64,000 bases of DNA from Lama glama (taxonomy: Eukaryota), in the NCBI GenBank assembly GCA_028534125.1, contig CM052816.1, positions 80,168,001 to 80,232,000 of the forward strand, given 5' to 3'. Below are positions 1 through 13,803 of this stretch, in pieces (position 1 is the first letter of the stretch; the number at the start of each line of letters is the position of its first letter). Under the pieces are notes generated by a model. The model was not told the DNA's origin and did not search any database. It saw only the letters and a program-made list of their open reading frames with translations. The position numbers and the translations under genes were made by a program.

Positions 1-2079
1 AATCACATCAGGAGGGTACTCTGCACACATTGGGGAGGGCCCTGGACACATCAAATGACGTAACCAACTGATTTTGATAAGGGCTACTGCCTAGAATCCT
101 ACTGGGTTATTCAGGGCCACTAAAATGTGGTTAAGATGTCTTTTTTTATATAAATGAAACATCAGTCTCATTTTAGGAGTAATTTCATTTTTGTGCCTCT
201 CTTTCCTGTTTCAGTTTTTGCCCCTAAGAAAGAGGGGATGGATGGGTCTCACAGCTAAAAACTGTGAGAACATCACTTTTAAACCTGCCATGCAGGATCA
301 AGGCCATAGGACAGGGCAGGAAACTTTGAGCTAAAACCCTGCACTTCCCCCCTATACATCAAGTCTCTTTCCAGTAGGACCCCTTTCACTGAATCCCTCC
401 ATGACCATGCCTTTGTCTGTTCCCCTCCGACAGAATCAATTCCTTTGTCCTCTGGGCTCCTGTAGCACTGTTAAACAAATCTCTCTCTCCCCTGTCACGT
501 GGTACTGTGGTTTCTTATTGGTTTGTTCTTGTACATCCTCAGGCTGGTCTAGAATGGTTCTGGGGCAGTGGACTGTATTGTATCTGTCTCCATTGCTAGA
601 CCGTGTGAGCAGAATCCATCTTATCCATCCCTCTTTCATCACCGCCATTTGCACATACACATCCCTCTATTGTGACATCATCTTATAAAGGCTTAATAAA
701 TGAATAAATGATTGAGCATTTGGGGAAAATATCCTCTAACATTTGTCAACCCAAATAGGCTGACTCTACCCCAATCAGACTATGACCGACCAGTCACTAC
801 TTTCAGCACCAAAATGATAGAGTGGTCTCTGCCAGATGTCTATATGAGGGTCATAATTTTGTCTTTTTCAAAAAAATTAATTATTTTTTAACAAATTAAA
901 TGCTACTGGGCACTGTTTCGCAAACAGCTTAGAAGTTATGTTGAGATCATCGTGGTTTTGCCCTCTGGGACAATGGTCTCTAAACCACTGTCTCTTTTAA
1001 ACCAATGGCCTTTTGGTTTTGCACCTTTGTCAGCAAATATTTTTGGCCACCCTGCATTGATATATAGATATAGTATACTATATACTCTATATAGACGAAC
1101 ATATATAAACCTAACACAGAATTGAAAAATAAAGAATTTCTAATAGTTTCTTTGCATATCCCAATGGATCTTCTTCCTAATACCTTGGGAGACCACTCTT
1201 CCGGACAACAGGGAACCAAAAATATTAACTACTTGGAAAAAAAATATCTGAGTCAACCCCAATAACACACCACCAAGGCACACTGCTGTGACAGCTAATG
1301 ATAATCTGGGTTGACTGACTCAAGGAGATGGCAGAGTTCCCCCTAAGGAGAGAGCTGCACCTTTGTTCTGGAAAACAGCCGATTGGAACTGATTGGTTAT
1401 GAGAGGTGAGTCCAGGCGGTCATAGTCTAGATGGAAGCAGCTTCAACTTGAAGAGTTAAATTGTTTGCTAAAAGACATAGGAATTTCAGTATTGTCTGCT
1501 GGAGCTGGGGGTGAGGGCCATTAGGACTCTGACAGAGAAGATGGGAAGAGATTTTGCTCTAAAGAGGGACAGTCTTGAGTAACATGGTGGAGTGTGAGAT
1601 CGTGGCTTTGAGTGGATCATGGCCAGTGAGACACAGAACATGCCAGAGAAGTATCTTTAAACCATGGTGTTGATGATCCCTTTGACAATACCATCATGAT
1701 ACTCTACCATTTCCAGAGGTCCAGTAAACATCTGTGTTTGCCTGACAGAATGGAACATGTGGGAAGCAGATAGTCATTCTGAAATTCTTTAAGGTGACCA
1801 GAGGCAAAGCGAACCAAGATCTGAGCCTGAGCTGGGAGTGAAGCTGAGGAGCCAGAGTGGGGAAAGAAGCAGAGAAAGAGCTGGTTGCAAGAAGAGCAGA
1901 GTCGGAGTGTAGCCTAGAGGACTGTGACCCTTAAAAGCGTGATGGGGGAGACCACATCCAGCAGCAGTGCAGGCTGAGGGCTTGAGAGTGTCATTTCATA
2001 ATCAAGGAACGATGGCCTCTGAGCACTGGAGTGTTAGAGAATTTTTCAGGAGCAGACTATTTGGTTCCCTGTCTTGAAA

Positions 2080-2510
2080 ATTATGGTGACGGATTGAAGA
2101 GCTAAGACATTAGGAATAGGAAACCAGTTAAAAGGTTGCTAGAACACCAGGCAAGGATGATGGAATGAAGTGGGGCAGAGAGAGTGTTTATTCTAGAGGT
2201 ATTTTAAAAGTAAAATCAACAGGACTGCGTGATGTTTCCCTATCGGGGAAAAGAGGGGAGCCAATAAGAAATAACATTTATAAAGCTTGGGCAGTTGGGT
2301 GTCTGGTGACATGCCATTCACTGAATTAGGAAACCTATGAGGAATAGGTTTTCAGGAAAGATAACGGGTTCATAGCGGGATATGCTCAATTTGCGATGCC
2401 CAGGAAACCTGGTGGAGACCAGGTATAAAAAGTTGAGAATACAGGTGGGTATCTCCAGAGACTGGTTAAGGCTAAAGACATCTTTGGGAATTGTCCTCTG
2501 ATAGGTGTTA
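2080..2510 (-). mobile_element. Degenerate L2 LINE fragment
   Basis: Contains remembered L2-like motifs: ggaaaccagttaaaaggttg, aaagtaaaatcaacaggact, tgccattcactgaattagg. Boundaries are approximate. Confidence 0.6.
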
Positions 2511-2710
2511 TGATTTTTGTTTATTGCCCTTTGATAAATATTAGGAAAACAACACTCTTACTTTATTTACTCATTCATTCAAACTTATTTGATGAGTGGG
2601 CAAACCATATGCGAGATTCTAGGGATAAATGATTAAGAAGATCCTTTAGAAACTCACAGTCTTGGCACAGGATTAGCAGTCTTATCATGAAATTACAGCA
2701 GAGCTGCAAG

Positions 2711-3274
2711 TGTGAAGACCCACTCAGATCCCCAGAGTTGGTACAAAGATGATTTTAAACCGAAGACATTTGAGATTCAACAGATGCCGAAAGAAGCCTT
2801 CTCAGAGCTTCCCTTATCTGACTAAAAGCAGAAACTTCTGAGAAATGAGGGTTGCCGTAAATTCTCTCTTTGGGGGCATGTCTGCCCCCAAGAATGACTA
2901 AGAGTAAACCTACTATAAATCTCTTCTCTGGGGGCAGTTTTCGGCTCTGAAAAGGAAAGACTGCTCAGTCCTGTATAGACAAACATCATCAGAAACTTTC
3001 TTATCTCTGGTTTGTTCTCCTAAAATAAAATCCATTTGTCTTTTGTAAAAGAACCTATTCTTCCAATAGGAGCCTTTCTCCTCCATCCTTTTTCCTACTA
3101 CTCTACTAATTCTAACAACCTTTTGAGTTACTAGCCACTGAGCACTCCTATGTTTATTCACATTAGACATGTAAATAACTTTTTTCTCCTGCTAATTTGT
3201 CTTTTGTTAGTTTAATTCACAGGCCCTATTCACTGAACATAAAAGAGTCACAGAAAAGCTATTTCTCTTCTACA
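2711..3274 (+). mobile_element. ERV1 solo LTR, MER34/MER89-like
   Basis: TG...CA termini with a perfect 4-bp TSD CAAG (2707-2710 / 3275-3278). Internal motifs gaagacatttgagattcaacagatg and tctcctgctaatttgtcttttgttagtttaatt are MER34-group-like. Confidence 0.8.
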
Positions 3275-6200
3275 CAAGGAAGAGAGAAATTTCCATTCTC
3301 TCTTGGAATGGCTGCCATAATGAATACGGCATTAAATAAATGGGCAACATAGAAAGATGACCAGGCTTGGAAGAAACTGGCAGAGGCCACTCATCCCATT
3401 TTGGACTTTTTATGTACATAAGAGTAGTGAAGGAGTTAATTTACCTTGTGATTTATATCCACCCAATCTTCTCAGATATCATACACCTCTCACCACTAGG
3501 CTCTTCTCCTTCCTCATCCTAGACTGTCATACTCTCCCTGACAATATCTCCTCCAAGGACAGGCAGGAAGCAAAGATAAATTGGCCGAGACATGGGCTCT
3601 GGCACTCTGCCACAGCTAATTACCCACATGGGCTGACCCTCCTTCTTTTCCACTGGGTTTACAATCTTCTCACGTTGGGGCTTTCCAGTCCTTGGAGCAG
3701 CTCAAATTCATCTAAGAGCTGGGTCTTGTCTCATTCTTTTTCACTTGACCACTTCCCAAATTCTCCTTGAGACAAGTTCTGTTTAGATTTATCTTAGTTC
3801 AGAGCAAAGTCACCTACATTAGCATTAGATCAGAATCCTTCCAAACCCTACCCAAACTTCAAGGACTGTTTCAATAACTTTTTCTCCCATTGGTAGTTTT
3901 CTACCTGTTTGCCTTCCCTGTTCTTTCTATTGTTCACTGTTTACCAGGTTTAATGTCAGTAATGTGCTTCAGATTATTTCCCCTTGCTTGGCTCTCTAAG
4001 TATCTCACATGCTTAATATTTGCCTCTCTTAACCTTCAAGAAGTGGAATTATTTCATATAGTTCTATTGTATTTCCTACAATCTAACTCAGCACTGGGAA
4101 CATAATAGGAGCTCAATTAACAATATTTGTTTGAGTTAAATTAGGTGGAGTTATGTGGATTTTTACATTTAACCAAGGGTTTTGTTGTTGTTGTTGTTAA
4201 TTCAAGCGATAAACTCAAAGTTTCTACATGACTTTTTGTTGTTGTTGTCTTTCATGGTCTGTGTTCAGGGAGAACCCATGGGTATATAAGAAAGAATGGA
4301 GGCTCTGATGCCACAATGGGATTTTTGTTGTTGGCTATGACTTTGGAAATCAGGAATGTTCAGTCGAAACACATTCCAGAATTCCAGGCCTACACATGCT
4401 GGCTTATTTCCAGCATGTTGACTCTGTTAATGGGTACTTGAAACATACACCATTTCCCACTCTTCATGCAATTGTCTTGGGGAGGAATTTTCCTTTCTCC
4501 TCCCACCAGCCTCTCAGTGTTGCTTCAGCTCCCAATGTGTACTTACACGATGCTTTGTAAAACAGAGGGTTCTAGTATTTCCTGAACTTTGACCACTGGA
4601 CTCCTCCAGGACTGAGTTCCTTCTGGGCCTTCTCCTTCTCTGATCAGGCAGGTGCACAAGCAAGGTGGAAAGTTTTAGTGTTTAAAAAAAAGAGAGAAAG
4701 ATTTGAACCATAAAATAAATATAAATATACAAGTGTGAGAGCACCTGGGAGAAAGTCTGGGTTTCAGGATTCAGTGCAAACCATGGGGTTTACCTCTAGT
4801 TTATTCAAAGAACCTTGAGGTTTTAAAGGCTGTCCGGGAATCTAGGGACTAGCTGATGACTTCATATTGGAATCATGCAAAACCCATGAGCTCATGAGCT
4901 GGGAGATGAAACCCGATGAGACAAAAATGGCTTCAAGTGGAATGGCTGTAAGTCTGTATAAGATCATTCAAAGCTGAAGAGGCAGCAGTAGATAAAACCA
5001 GGCCACTGGAATTTGGAGACTTTCTTGCCTGGACTTGTAGTAAAATGAAACTGGTTTCACCCAAGCCCTTGAAAGACTCTCAGGGAAACTACAGGAGAAG
5101 AATTTGAAAGCCAAGGAACTCCTTGTGTTTGCTTTTGCAGTCTCTGATTTCAGTGAGAGCCATTCTCGGTACTTAACGAGGTCACCAAGGTCAAGCCTAT
5201 CTCCATAGTCCTTCCTGCCCCCTCGTCAAGTGCACTCTCTTCCCGTGCAGTCCCAGTGACCATCGTCAAATGGCTCTCACCGAGCTCTGCTGCGTACCGC
5301 TTTGACGTACATTTGTCTGATCTTTCATCTCAGACAGCAGGCCCTCGACCTGCTGCTGGAACTGGCCTGGGCCCCCAGGAGCCCAGGTCAGGGAGAGGGT
5401 GGTGCTGGGATTGGCCGCTGGGCTTTGATGGCACCAAGGAGGACCTGAGAGACAATGACCAGGAACCATACTGTCCAAGTCAGGAAGACGGAGATTTGAA
5501 GAAAGAATCAGAGAGGCTAAATCCTGGTATAGAACCAAGCTGAGAAAACCTCACCAAAGAGCCAGTTCAGTGGAGCAATGAGGTCCCAGAATGTAGCTAA
5601 AGGCACGTTTCCTTAGGTATCAGACTCTCAGTCATGAAAGGCAGGCTGTGAATTGTCCTGTATGGGTCCATTACATAGAGCAGATTTCATTCAAGTTGTT
5701 TCATGCAGAAAGGATTTATTTCAGGAATTTGGGTGGTTTAGAGAAGTCACTGAGAGGGCTGAAGAAACAGGCTCAAATTAAGGTTCAAGAACAACTCCCT
5801 AAAGTGACACCAAACCGCCAGGCCACCAAGGTAGCTGTGGTTTCCCCTGCATCTGGAGGCTGCCTTCTCAATTAGGGAGCTGGCCCTGGAGCACCTGCCA
5901 TTGCCAAGATCAGGTGGTGGCTCTGGTCAGGGGCCAGTGCCCCCCACCCCAGCCCTTACTGGGCCTGCTGTTACCAGCACCACTGCATGAATGCAAAGCC
6001 CCTGTCCTGACCTCAGGAAGCCAGTGACGGACAGCTGGGGCCTTTGCTCCCACCAACACCTGACAACAGATGTGGCCTGCCTGCAGAAGAAGTGAAAACT
6101 GAAGCAAGGAAGCCTCACGTTCACCAAATCCACCCAGGGCACTGGGCAAAAGTACAAACGGAGGCCGACTCACCGTGTCTACTAAGTGTTGCAATCACAA

Positions 6201-6674
6201 ATCAGGCTACACGTGTGTTCTACTCTCCAACCTTGACAAACGTACCTTCATAGCAATGTGGATACTCAGAGTCAAATTTGGGTTCCTGAACACCTCTGAG
6301 GAATGTGCGGGAATGAGGCAGAGGGGGAGAGCTGGCCTCTGGCCCCAGTCTCTTTCCACCATTGGCTCATCCCGCACTGCTTTGTGCCCACGTGTGCAGA
6401 TGCTCCAGCCCACATGTCTGAGCTCTGTTCGGACTGCAGACTCCCCTCTCCTGCCCGTTAGCCACCTCTCAGGGAACTTGCTTTGTTCAGCTTTACTCTT
6501 GGCACCTACTCCTCTCTGTTGATTTCAAGGCTTTGGGAAAATAAGAAATGATCCTTCTTACAAAGGATTGAAGACCCATTGGTCTACGGCCTCGGAGGGA
6601 GTATAGTGAGGTGGCGGGTTGGGGTGGGGCGGTCTGTGGGCTTTGGCAGGATCAGGCTGCATCTGACAGGTTTC

Positions 6675-6815
6675 CTAAATTCTCAAAGCCTCAGTTCCTT
6701 CATCTCTGAAATGGGAATGATAGGATTTACTTTTTAGGAAAATGTATGTAAGTAAAGTGCTTACAATGGTGCCCCAGTACATAGTAAGTGCTCAGAAAGA
6801 GTTAACCCTTGTTAT
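6675..6815 (+). mobile_element. MIR SINE fragment
   Basis: MIR core gcctcagttccttcatctctgaaatgggaatgata and tail gtaaagtgcttacaatggtgccccagtacatagtaagtgctc. Confidence 0.75.
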
Positions 6816-7204
6816 TGTCACTGTGGTTACACATTAACAGGCAAGACTGACTATGTGGGAACAGCCACAGGATTAGGGTCTTTTTGAGTCTTGAACCAGA
6901 TTTCTAATCAGGTGAGTTTCACCCCACACTAGGTCTCTGTGCCTTGGGCCAGTTGTAGGCACTGCTTAGAGCAGGCTGGAAGGTCGTCTTCATCTTGCTG
7001 ACCTGTTGTAGCTGAGGCTGGTTACCTGGAGAACTGTGCTGAGGAGGAACCTGGCCAAATCTGGGCACAGGGCTGTGATGGATTAACGTTTGCCCAGGGT
7101 GTGGGGCAGATAGGGCTGTGTGTGTGCCAGGTATTTGCCATTCCTGGACTTGATCCCATTCCTGAGCAGTAGGAAAAAGATGGGCTTACAGAGGAACACA
7201 GGGC

Positions 7205-7370
7205 CTGAGCCCTGCTTCTCCCACGCCCTGGCTCTGTGACGAGTGGTCAGGCATTTAACCCGCTTTTGCTTAGATGCTTCATCTGTAAAATGAGGATAAC
7301 GAGGTTTAACATGCCTTCCTTATAGGGTTATTTGTAAGGATCAAATGAGATCATGCTTGTGAGAACACTG
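7205..7370 (+). mobile_element. MIR SINE fragment
   Basis: MIR core cttcatctgtaaaatgaggataac ... gtaaggatcaaatgagatcatgc. Confidence 0.7.
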
Positions 7371-8401
7371 TCCGTTTGGGGGGCGTTGCCTAGATGCAAG
7401 GTGTTTTGCTATTAGCATGTGGTATTTGGCCAGTTCATACTTGACAAGGAGGAAAAGCCGAGTCAGTGATCGCTTTGGTCTGCCTGTGCCTGCACCGCCT
7501 TAGCCTGACTCTGCATCCTCCTGCAGTTTCTGAGTGCCCATCTATTGGGAGGGAGCCTGTTAGGGCAGAAGGAACTTGTACTTAAAGCCAGATGCTGCCT
7601 CACTTACCACCTGCGTGATTTAGGTCGAATTTCGTAGCCTGGGTGAGTCTCAGTTTCTCCATCTGTAATGTGGAGATTGGATAAAGATAATCATGGCATC
7701 TGTCTCAACAGTCTCCCAGGTGCTTGTACAACCCGAGGTGGTACACATCAGAGTACCAGGGGAAGCCTGAGTGTGAGTGGTCATGGTCCTTTCCTATGAT
7801 CTGAGCAAATGCATCCTGACTTTATAAACCCTGTTCCCTGCTCCCGCCACCATGATCCCTAAACAACCTCTAACGTCCTCGTCCTAGCATCAGTTTGAAT
7901 TGGGGCACAGCCTCCATGGGCTCTCAGTACCACGTCAAGGTCAGGGCTGGGCCAGAAATTGGAGGTTGGGAGATTATACCATGAAGCTAAAACCTAGTCT
8001 TCAGAACAGAGGTGGAGTGGAACTGCGGCCTGGATTGGGTATAGGAGGAGCTGGGAGGCCCAAGGATAGACCCCAAATCCACGAGGAACAAGGAGGCACT
8101 GGTGAAGAGGGTCAGTGGAGTGTGTGTGAGATGAGAACGAACCAGCATCCATAAACAAGTTCGGCCCGAAGCACCAGCCCTCGGCAGTTCTTCAGACCCT
8201 GCCTCAGTCTTTGCAACTCGCCGCAAAGCTCTGAGCCTCTGAACCAAGAGCTCAGAGTGCTGGAGGCCCGGTGTTCGGAGGCTGCTATGAAACACAGCCC
8301 CCTACTAATAACCAGTTCGTCTCTCCACCCTCCGTGTTTTCCTTCTTCGTGCTCCTGCCAACCTTAAGCAAAGAGAAGAGCACCGCTCGCTCAAGGATTT
8401 C

Positions 8402-8820
8402 TGTGTCAGTTTCCTAGCGCTCCCGTAACAAAGTACCATGAACAGATTGGCTTAAACAACAGAGTTCTATGGTCTCAGGGTCTGGAGGCTGGAAACCCAA
8501 GGGTTGCAGGGTTGGCTCCTTCTGAGGCTGCAAGGGAGACTCCATGCCTGCCTCCTTGCTTCTCGCGGTTTGCCGGCAATCTGGTGTTCCTTGGCTGCTA
8601 GATGCGTCACGAGGATCCCCCCTTTTCACAAGGCACTCTCTCTGTGTGCGTGTCTCGTGTCCACATCTCCCCCTTTTATAAAGACACAGTTATATTGGAT
8701 TAGGATCCACCCTCATGACATTGTCTAGATCATCTATACAGACCCTATTTCCAAATAAAGTCACATTCTGAGGGACTGGGGACTAGGGCTTCACCGTATC
8801 ATGAATTTGTGGGGGACACT
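8402..8820 (-). mobile_element. MaLR solo LTR (MLT1B/C-like)
   Basis: MLT1 motifs: tgtgtcagtttcctag...gtaacaaagtacca...ggcttaaacaacag, and gaccctatttccaaataaagtcacattctgagg. Confidence 0.85.
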
Positions 8821-9581
8821 GTCCCTCCTTCTCTGGCGATGATTCCAACCAAGGTGGTTGGGTGAGGATGGGGAATGAGGTAGAGCAAAACTCCAGAGTG
8901 ACACGGATCTGCTTTTGCTCAGTTAGCAATGGGAGGAGCAGTTATGCCACGTGGACTTTCCTCGTATTCTGCTGACAGAGGGGAAAGGGCTTTCTGCGCT
9001 GTGTCTTCAGAGCTTAGCATGATCCTGGCATGGAGTGGATGCTCAATAAATGTTTGTTGAATTAGTAATGAATGAGGGAAGTTCAGCCCATACCAGCAGC
9101 CTTATAGCTTGTACTCTGGTGCCCAGACTTTGCCTGGCCTGGAGAGAGGACGCATTGAACGGTTACTGAATTTAGCATTAATTTCTCCCGTAGAGCACAC
9201 ATGGCCTTACTCCTAAGAGCTGGGCCTTTCCAGGAGCGGAAATGAGGAGCTTCCAGCTGTGGGTGTCAGAGAGCTGGGCTCTTCCTTAGCGCTGTGTCCC
9301 TTGCTGCTCCTTCATGATCTCAGCCCATCCCCTGTCACCCTAGTGCCCCATTCTAAAGGAAATCTTGAGACCTGAACTGAGCTTACAGTGTCTAACCTGT
9401 CACAGGATCCTTTCCCTTACCAAAGCTTACTGGTCCTGCATCTCCCGCGTTTATCAGCATTACTGAGTTGGAAGGGCTCCATGATCATTGGGTTCTACCT
9501 CTTAATTCATAAATGAGGGAGAAAAAGTGCCACTAAATCCATACAGCTAGAACTCCTGGCTCCAGTCTATGGCTTCTTCTT

Positions 9582-9678
9582 ATTTTTTTTAAATTTTTTT
9601 TTTAATGGAAGCATTGGGAATGGAACCCAGGACCTGGTACACACTAAGCAGGCGCTCCATCACTGGGCTATTATCCCC
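9582..9678 (-). mobile_element. tRNA-derived SINE, Vic-1-like (camelid)
   Basis: The reverse complement reads GGGGATAATAGCCCAGTGATGGAGCGCCTGCTTAGTGTGTACCAGGTCCTGGGTTCCATTCCCAATGCTTCCATT followed by an A-tail. TSD ctatggcttcttctt (9567-9581) / ctatggctcctcctt (9679-9693). Confidence 0.85.
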
Positions 9679-10473
9679 CTATGGCTCCTCCTTTATCCTG
9701 AGCCATCTCTTCTGTTGTCTATTAGTAAATAACTTGCCAGACAGAGGTATTCCTCCAAATGTGTTTGTTAGACAGGAGAATGCTGTCATCTGGTTCAAAC
9801 ATCAAGGGCCCCTGAGGGTGAGGCCACCAGTGGGTAGTTGAGGCATTTGGCTGATTGCCAAGAGGCATTGGGTCAGGCCCTTCATACTCCCAGTCTACCA
9901 GCTCTGCCACCCGGCTGGCTGTTTGCGTCACCTTCAGGGAAGTCTGACTTGCCGTCCCAGATTCTCTTGCATCAACTCTTCCACCCTCCAGAGACAAGAG
10001 CGTCCTTGTGGAAAGTCAGGCCGTGGCCCAATCTTGACCTCGCGCTGGGCTGCCCTTTCTTGTTTCTCCCGTCTTTTCTTGCCCCCGGCAAGTTTCTCTG
10101 GGTCCCAACAATGGTGCAAGGAGCGGATTGCCTATTGTAGGTGCTGATTTTGCACAATGGCCAGGCCAGACGAACTAGGAGGTGGCCCTAGCAGTCACCC
10201 TTAGAGCCCTTTACAGTTTACAGTGTCCTGCGAGAAGGCGGATGGGAGCCCTGACAGCCCCCTCGTGCTTCCCCAGCACCCAGCCAGCCCCTCCACGGAC
10301 GCTGCTGAGACGGCCTCTCCTTGTGTATTGTGTGCCAGCCTTCCCTGCGGCTGTGCCTACCTGAAATGCTCAGGACCTATTTCTAAAACCTAAACTTCCA
10401 TTATGTAGCCGAGTTTAACAAGCAAAAACCAACCAACCAGCCAAAGTGGACGGGAAGGCTGAAAGTTCCCCGT

Positions 10474-10668
10474 TAGGGTTACCAGGTTGAACAAGTAAAA
10501 ATGCAGGATGCTCAGTTAAACTGGAATTTCAGATAAATAGCAAATCATTTTTTAATATAAGGATATCCTGTGCAATATTTGGGACATACACTAGAAATTA
10601 TTTGCTGTTTATCTCTCTCTGAAATTCAAATTTAACCTGGGTGTCCCGTGTTTTAGCTGACAACCCTG
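10474..10668. mobile_element. MER53 palindromic hAT MITE
   Basis: Termini tagggttaccag...ctgacaaccctg. Internal inverted arms gaatttcagataaatagcaaatcatttt / aaattatttgctgtttatct...gaaattc surround a central tgcaatatttgggacatac. This matches the remembered MER53 consensus. Confidence 0.88.
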
Positions 10669-11343
10669 GTTGCTGGAATTCTGTGGTCAGGATATCCTAC
10701 GAAACACATCTGGACTTGACTGCTGGAACAAAGTCAGGGACTCTTCCAGTCTTGACTTCAGCAGCTGTTGGATTGTTATTATTCACGAGCCCTGGACCAG
10801 GGACAGGGGCGTTTCACAGGAAGACTCCTGCACAGCCTCTCCTGGTGGGGGTTCCCTGTAATAGGAGGTGCACAGCCAGCTCTGGAAAGTACCTGAAGTG
10901 AGTCAGCACGTTTCACGTGGGCAGTCTAGTTACGAGGAGCTTTCCTAGAACTTTCTCATTTGATGATGCAACATTCCTGAATAGGATCAGGTGCAGGCTG
11001 TCACTTCTGCTTAAGATGAGGAAACACTCAGGTAAAATTGGCCAAGTCAGCACCTGGTAAACAAAGACCTGAGAGTCAACCTGGCTGTCAGGCTCTAGGA
11101 CCAATCGCCCCTTTCCTTTTTTATTGGAACATACTGCTTTATTATTATAGTTGAATATATTTTTCCAAAAGCCCTTTGCATTATCTTTTTTTCTATCTGT
11201 AAAAGTAGTATTTGATTATTATAGCAAATTTGGAAAAAAAAGAGAAATCAGCAAAGGAAGCAATTCTACAGCTGCGTGGTAATTCTCATTGACAGGTGTA
11301 TGGCCTTCCATTCTGTGTTCTCTTTATACATGTCAACGTATTA

Positions 11344-11690
11344 TGTCTTAGTCAGCTTGCAGTGCTGTAGCAGAATGCCATAGACCGGGTGGCTTAAAGC
11401 ACAGACATTTCTTCTCACAGCTCTGGAGGCTGGAAATTCCAAGATCAAGGTGCCGGCAGATTCGGTTTTTGATGGGGAGCCTCTTCCTGGCTTGCAGATA
11501 GCCACCTTCTCCCTGTCTCCCTCCTGGAGAGAGGAAATGCTGGTGTCTCTTCCTCTTGGGGCTCTACTCTCATGACTTCATCTAAATTTAATTACCTCCC
11601 AAAGGCCCCCACCTCCTAATACCATCATATTGGGGGCTAGGGCGTTAACATATGAATCAGCAGGAGGACACACACATTTAATCCATAACA
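11344..11690 (-). mobile_element. MaLR solo LTR (MLT1A-like)
   Basis: Termini tgtcttagtcagc...ccataaca; 5-bp TSD tatta/tattc; internal caagatcaaggtgccggcagattcgg. Confidence 0.88.
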
Positions 11691-12157
11691 TATTCTAAGT
11701 TTTAAGTAAAAAGGCCAAATCCTTTTATACACGTGCATTCATATTAAGTGACATAGATATAAACGTGTGAATAGTTTTACATGTGAAGATAATCATACGT
11801 GTATATGCTCAAACATACCTGTATATAGTATGAACTTAAATGATTTTGAAATTACATGGTTCATTTTTGGCATTAACCAGGACTTCAGACTAAGTACAGA
11901 ACGAGGGTGAAAAGTACTAAATAAACTCCTGATAAAGAACAAAGAGTGGGCAGTGAAGGACACAGTGCAAGATTCTACCACCATGAGGGGTGGAACTGTC
12001 TTCCTAGTCAAGAATAAGTGTTTGGTGGTGGGGAGGGTAGAGCTAAAAATGTCTATTCCTAATGCTTTCCCACTGAAATATTGACTTACACTAACTACTA
12101 CTCCCCAACAACTGGCTTCCCCTTTGGACATAGGCACTAGTAAAACACAATCCAGAG

Positions 12158-12545
12158 ATAAAGAAGTTGTGGTATGTAGATGGAATACTACTCAGCCATA
12201 AAAAAGAATGAAATAATGCCATTTTCAGCAACGTGGAAGGACGTAGAGATTATCATACTAAGTAAAGTGTCAGACAGAGAAAGAAAAATATCACGTGATA
12301 TCACTTATATGTGTAATCTAAAGCAAGGACACAAATGAACTTATTTACAAAACAGAAACAGACTCACAGCCATAGAAAACAAACGTAAGGTTACCAAAAG
12401 GGAAAAGGAGAGGGGAAGGATAAATTAGGAGTTTGGGATTAGCAAATACAAACTACTCTATACAAAATAGGTAAACAACAAGGTCTGACTGTATAGCACA
12501 GGAAACTATATTCAATACCCTATAATCAGCTATAATAAAAAAGAA

Positions 12546-12601
<56 letters not shown>

Positions 12602-12695
12602 TGAATCACTATGCTGTACACCACAAACTAATACAACATTGTAAATCAGCTATACTTCAATAAAACAAAACAAAATAAAATAAGCAAATTTAAAA
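12158..12695 (+). mobile_element. 5'-truncated L1 3' end (cetartiodactyl type)
   Basis: L1 motifs gaatactactcagccataaaaaagaatgaaataatgcc and ataaattaggagtttgggattagc, with AATAAA and an A-rich tail. TSD core aatccagag (12149-12157 / 12702-12710). Confidence 0.92.
12546..12598. repeat. Compound (TG)n(TA)n microsatellite inside the L1 3' UTR
   Basis: Visible directly in the sequence. Confidence 0.95.
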
Positions 12696-13475
12696 AACCA
12701 TAATCCAGAGTCAATGTTATTGTGAGTTCAATGGCGTTTAGGACTCAGCTGTAACGTGCTCTGTAATCAGTATAAATATAAATGACTCATGCTTATATAT
12801 AACCTTAGAACAACTTATTGTTTTAGAGTTTGGAGGACATTTTTCATTTGGGGAGGTTGATACTGTGCAACTGGGAACTTCTTTATCTTACACAGCAGCT
12901 AAAATGGCTTGTTTTTGCAGGCAGCTGCCAGACATGGTGACTTAGGACAACACAGTCTGATGATGGCCTGGGGCCAGAGTCAGAGACATTTGCAGAGAGA
13001 AGGGCTCCTGTGGACTCTAGGCGAGGAGTGATCCATAACCGACATTTGATTCACTGGCCTTGCTGCAGGCGCAGTCAGATGAAATAGTGGTTTATCATGT
13101 TTTTCCATCATATGACGTGGGAAGTCTCAGAGAGACTTCTTTCTCCCACAAAATGAACCTCCAAACACCCAGCTCCCCTTGTAAGTGCAGCTACTCAGAG
13201 CTTGGCTGCTCACTCTCCAGCATGGCGGCAGATCCTGTGAAAAATGACAGGGGACGTCCTGGGGGCTGAAGATGACTCACCACTTCATTCAAAGAGTCCA
13301 TCTGACCCTCTGGGTCTCCACTGGGCATTCTTTCTTAGGAAGAAACACTGGCATATGCCACTCAAGTAATATATGGCTGTCAAAGTCTAGATCATTATAT
13401 TTGGTTAATTTTAGTTATATACATATATGTAAACACTCTATACACAGTGTTCTTTGTTTTAACAAAACTTTTTTT

Positions 13476-13803
13476 AAAAAGATACAAATTTTATTTACAA
13501 ACCAGAAATAGACTCACAGACATAGAAAACAAACTGTGGTTATCAGTGGGAAAGGACAAGTGGGAAGGGATAGATTAGGAGTTTGGGATTAACAGGAACA
13601 CATTATTATTTTTAAAAGAGATAAACAACAAGGACCTACTGTATAGCACAGGGAACTATATTCAATTTCCTATAATGAGCTGTAATGGAAGAGAATCTGA
13701 AAAATATGTCTATATATATGTGTAACTGAATTGCTATGCTGTACACCTGAAACTAACACTGTAAATCAACTACACTTCAATGAAAAATAAGAATTAAAAA
13801 AAA
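13476..13803 (+). mobile_element. Short L1 3' end (cetartiodactyl type)
   Basis: Same 3' UTR motifs as 12158-12695 (gactcacagacatagaaaacaaac, tactgtatagcacagggaactatattcaa), ending in an A-rich tail. Confidence 0.9.

Noticed and set aside
4780..6300. Possible decayed ERVL internal/LTR sequence or exon at 5250-5540
   Set aside because: The resemblance is faint and no termini, TSD, splice pair or protein motif could be fixed.
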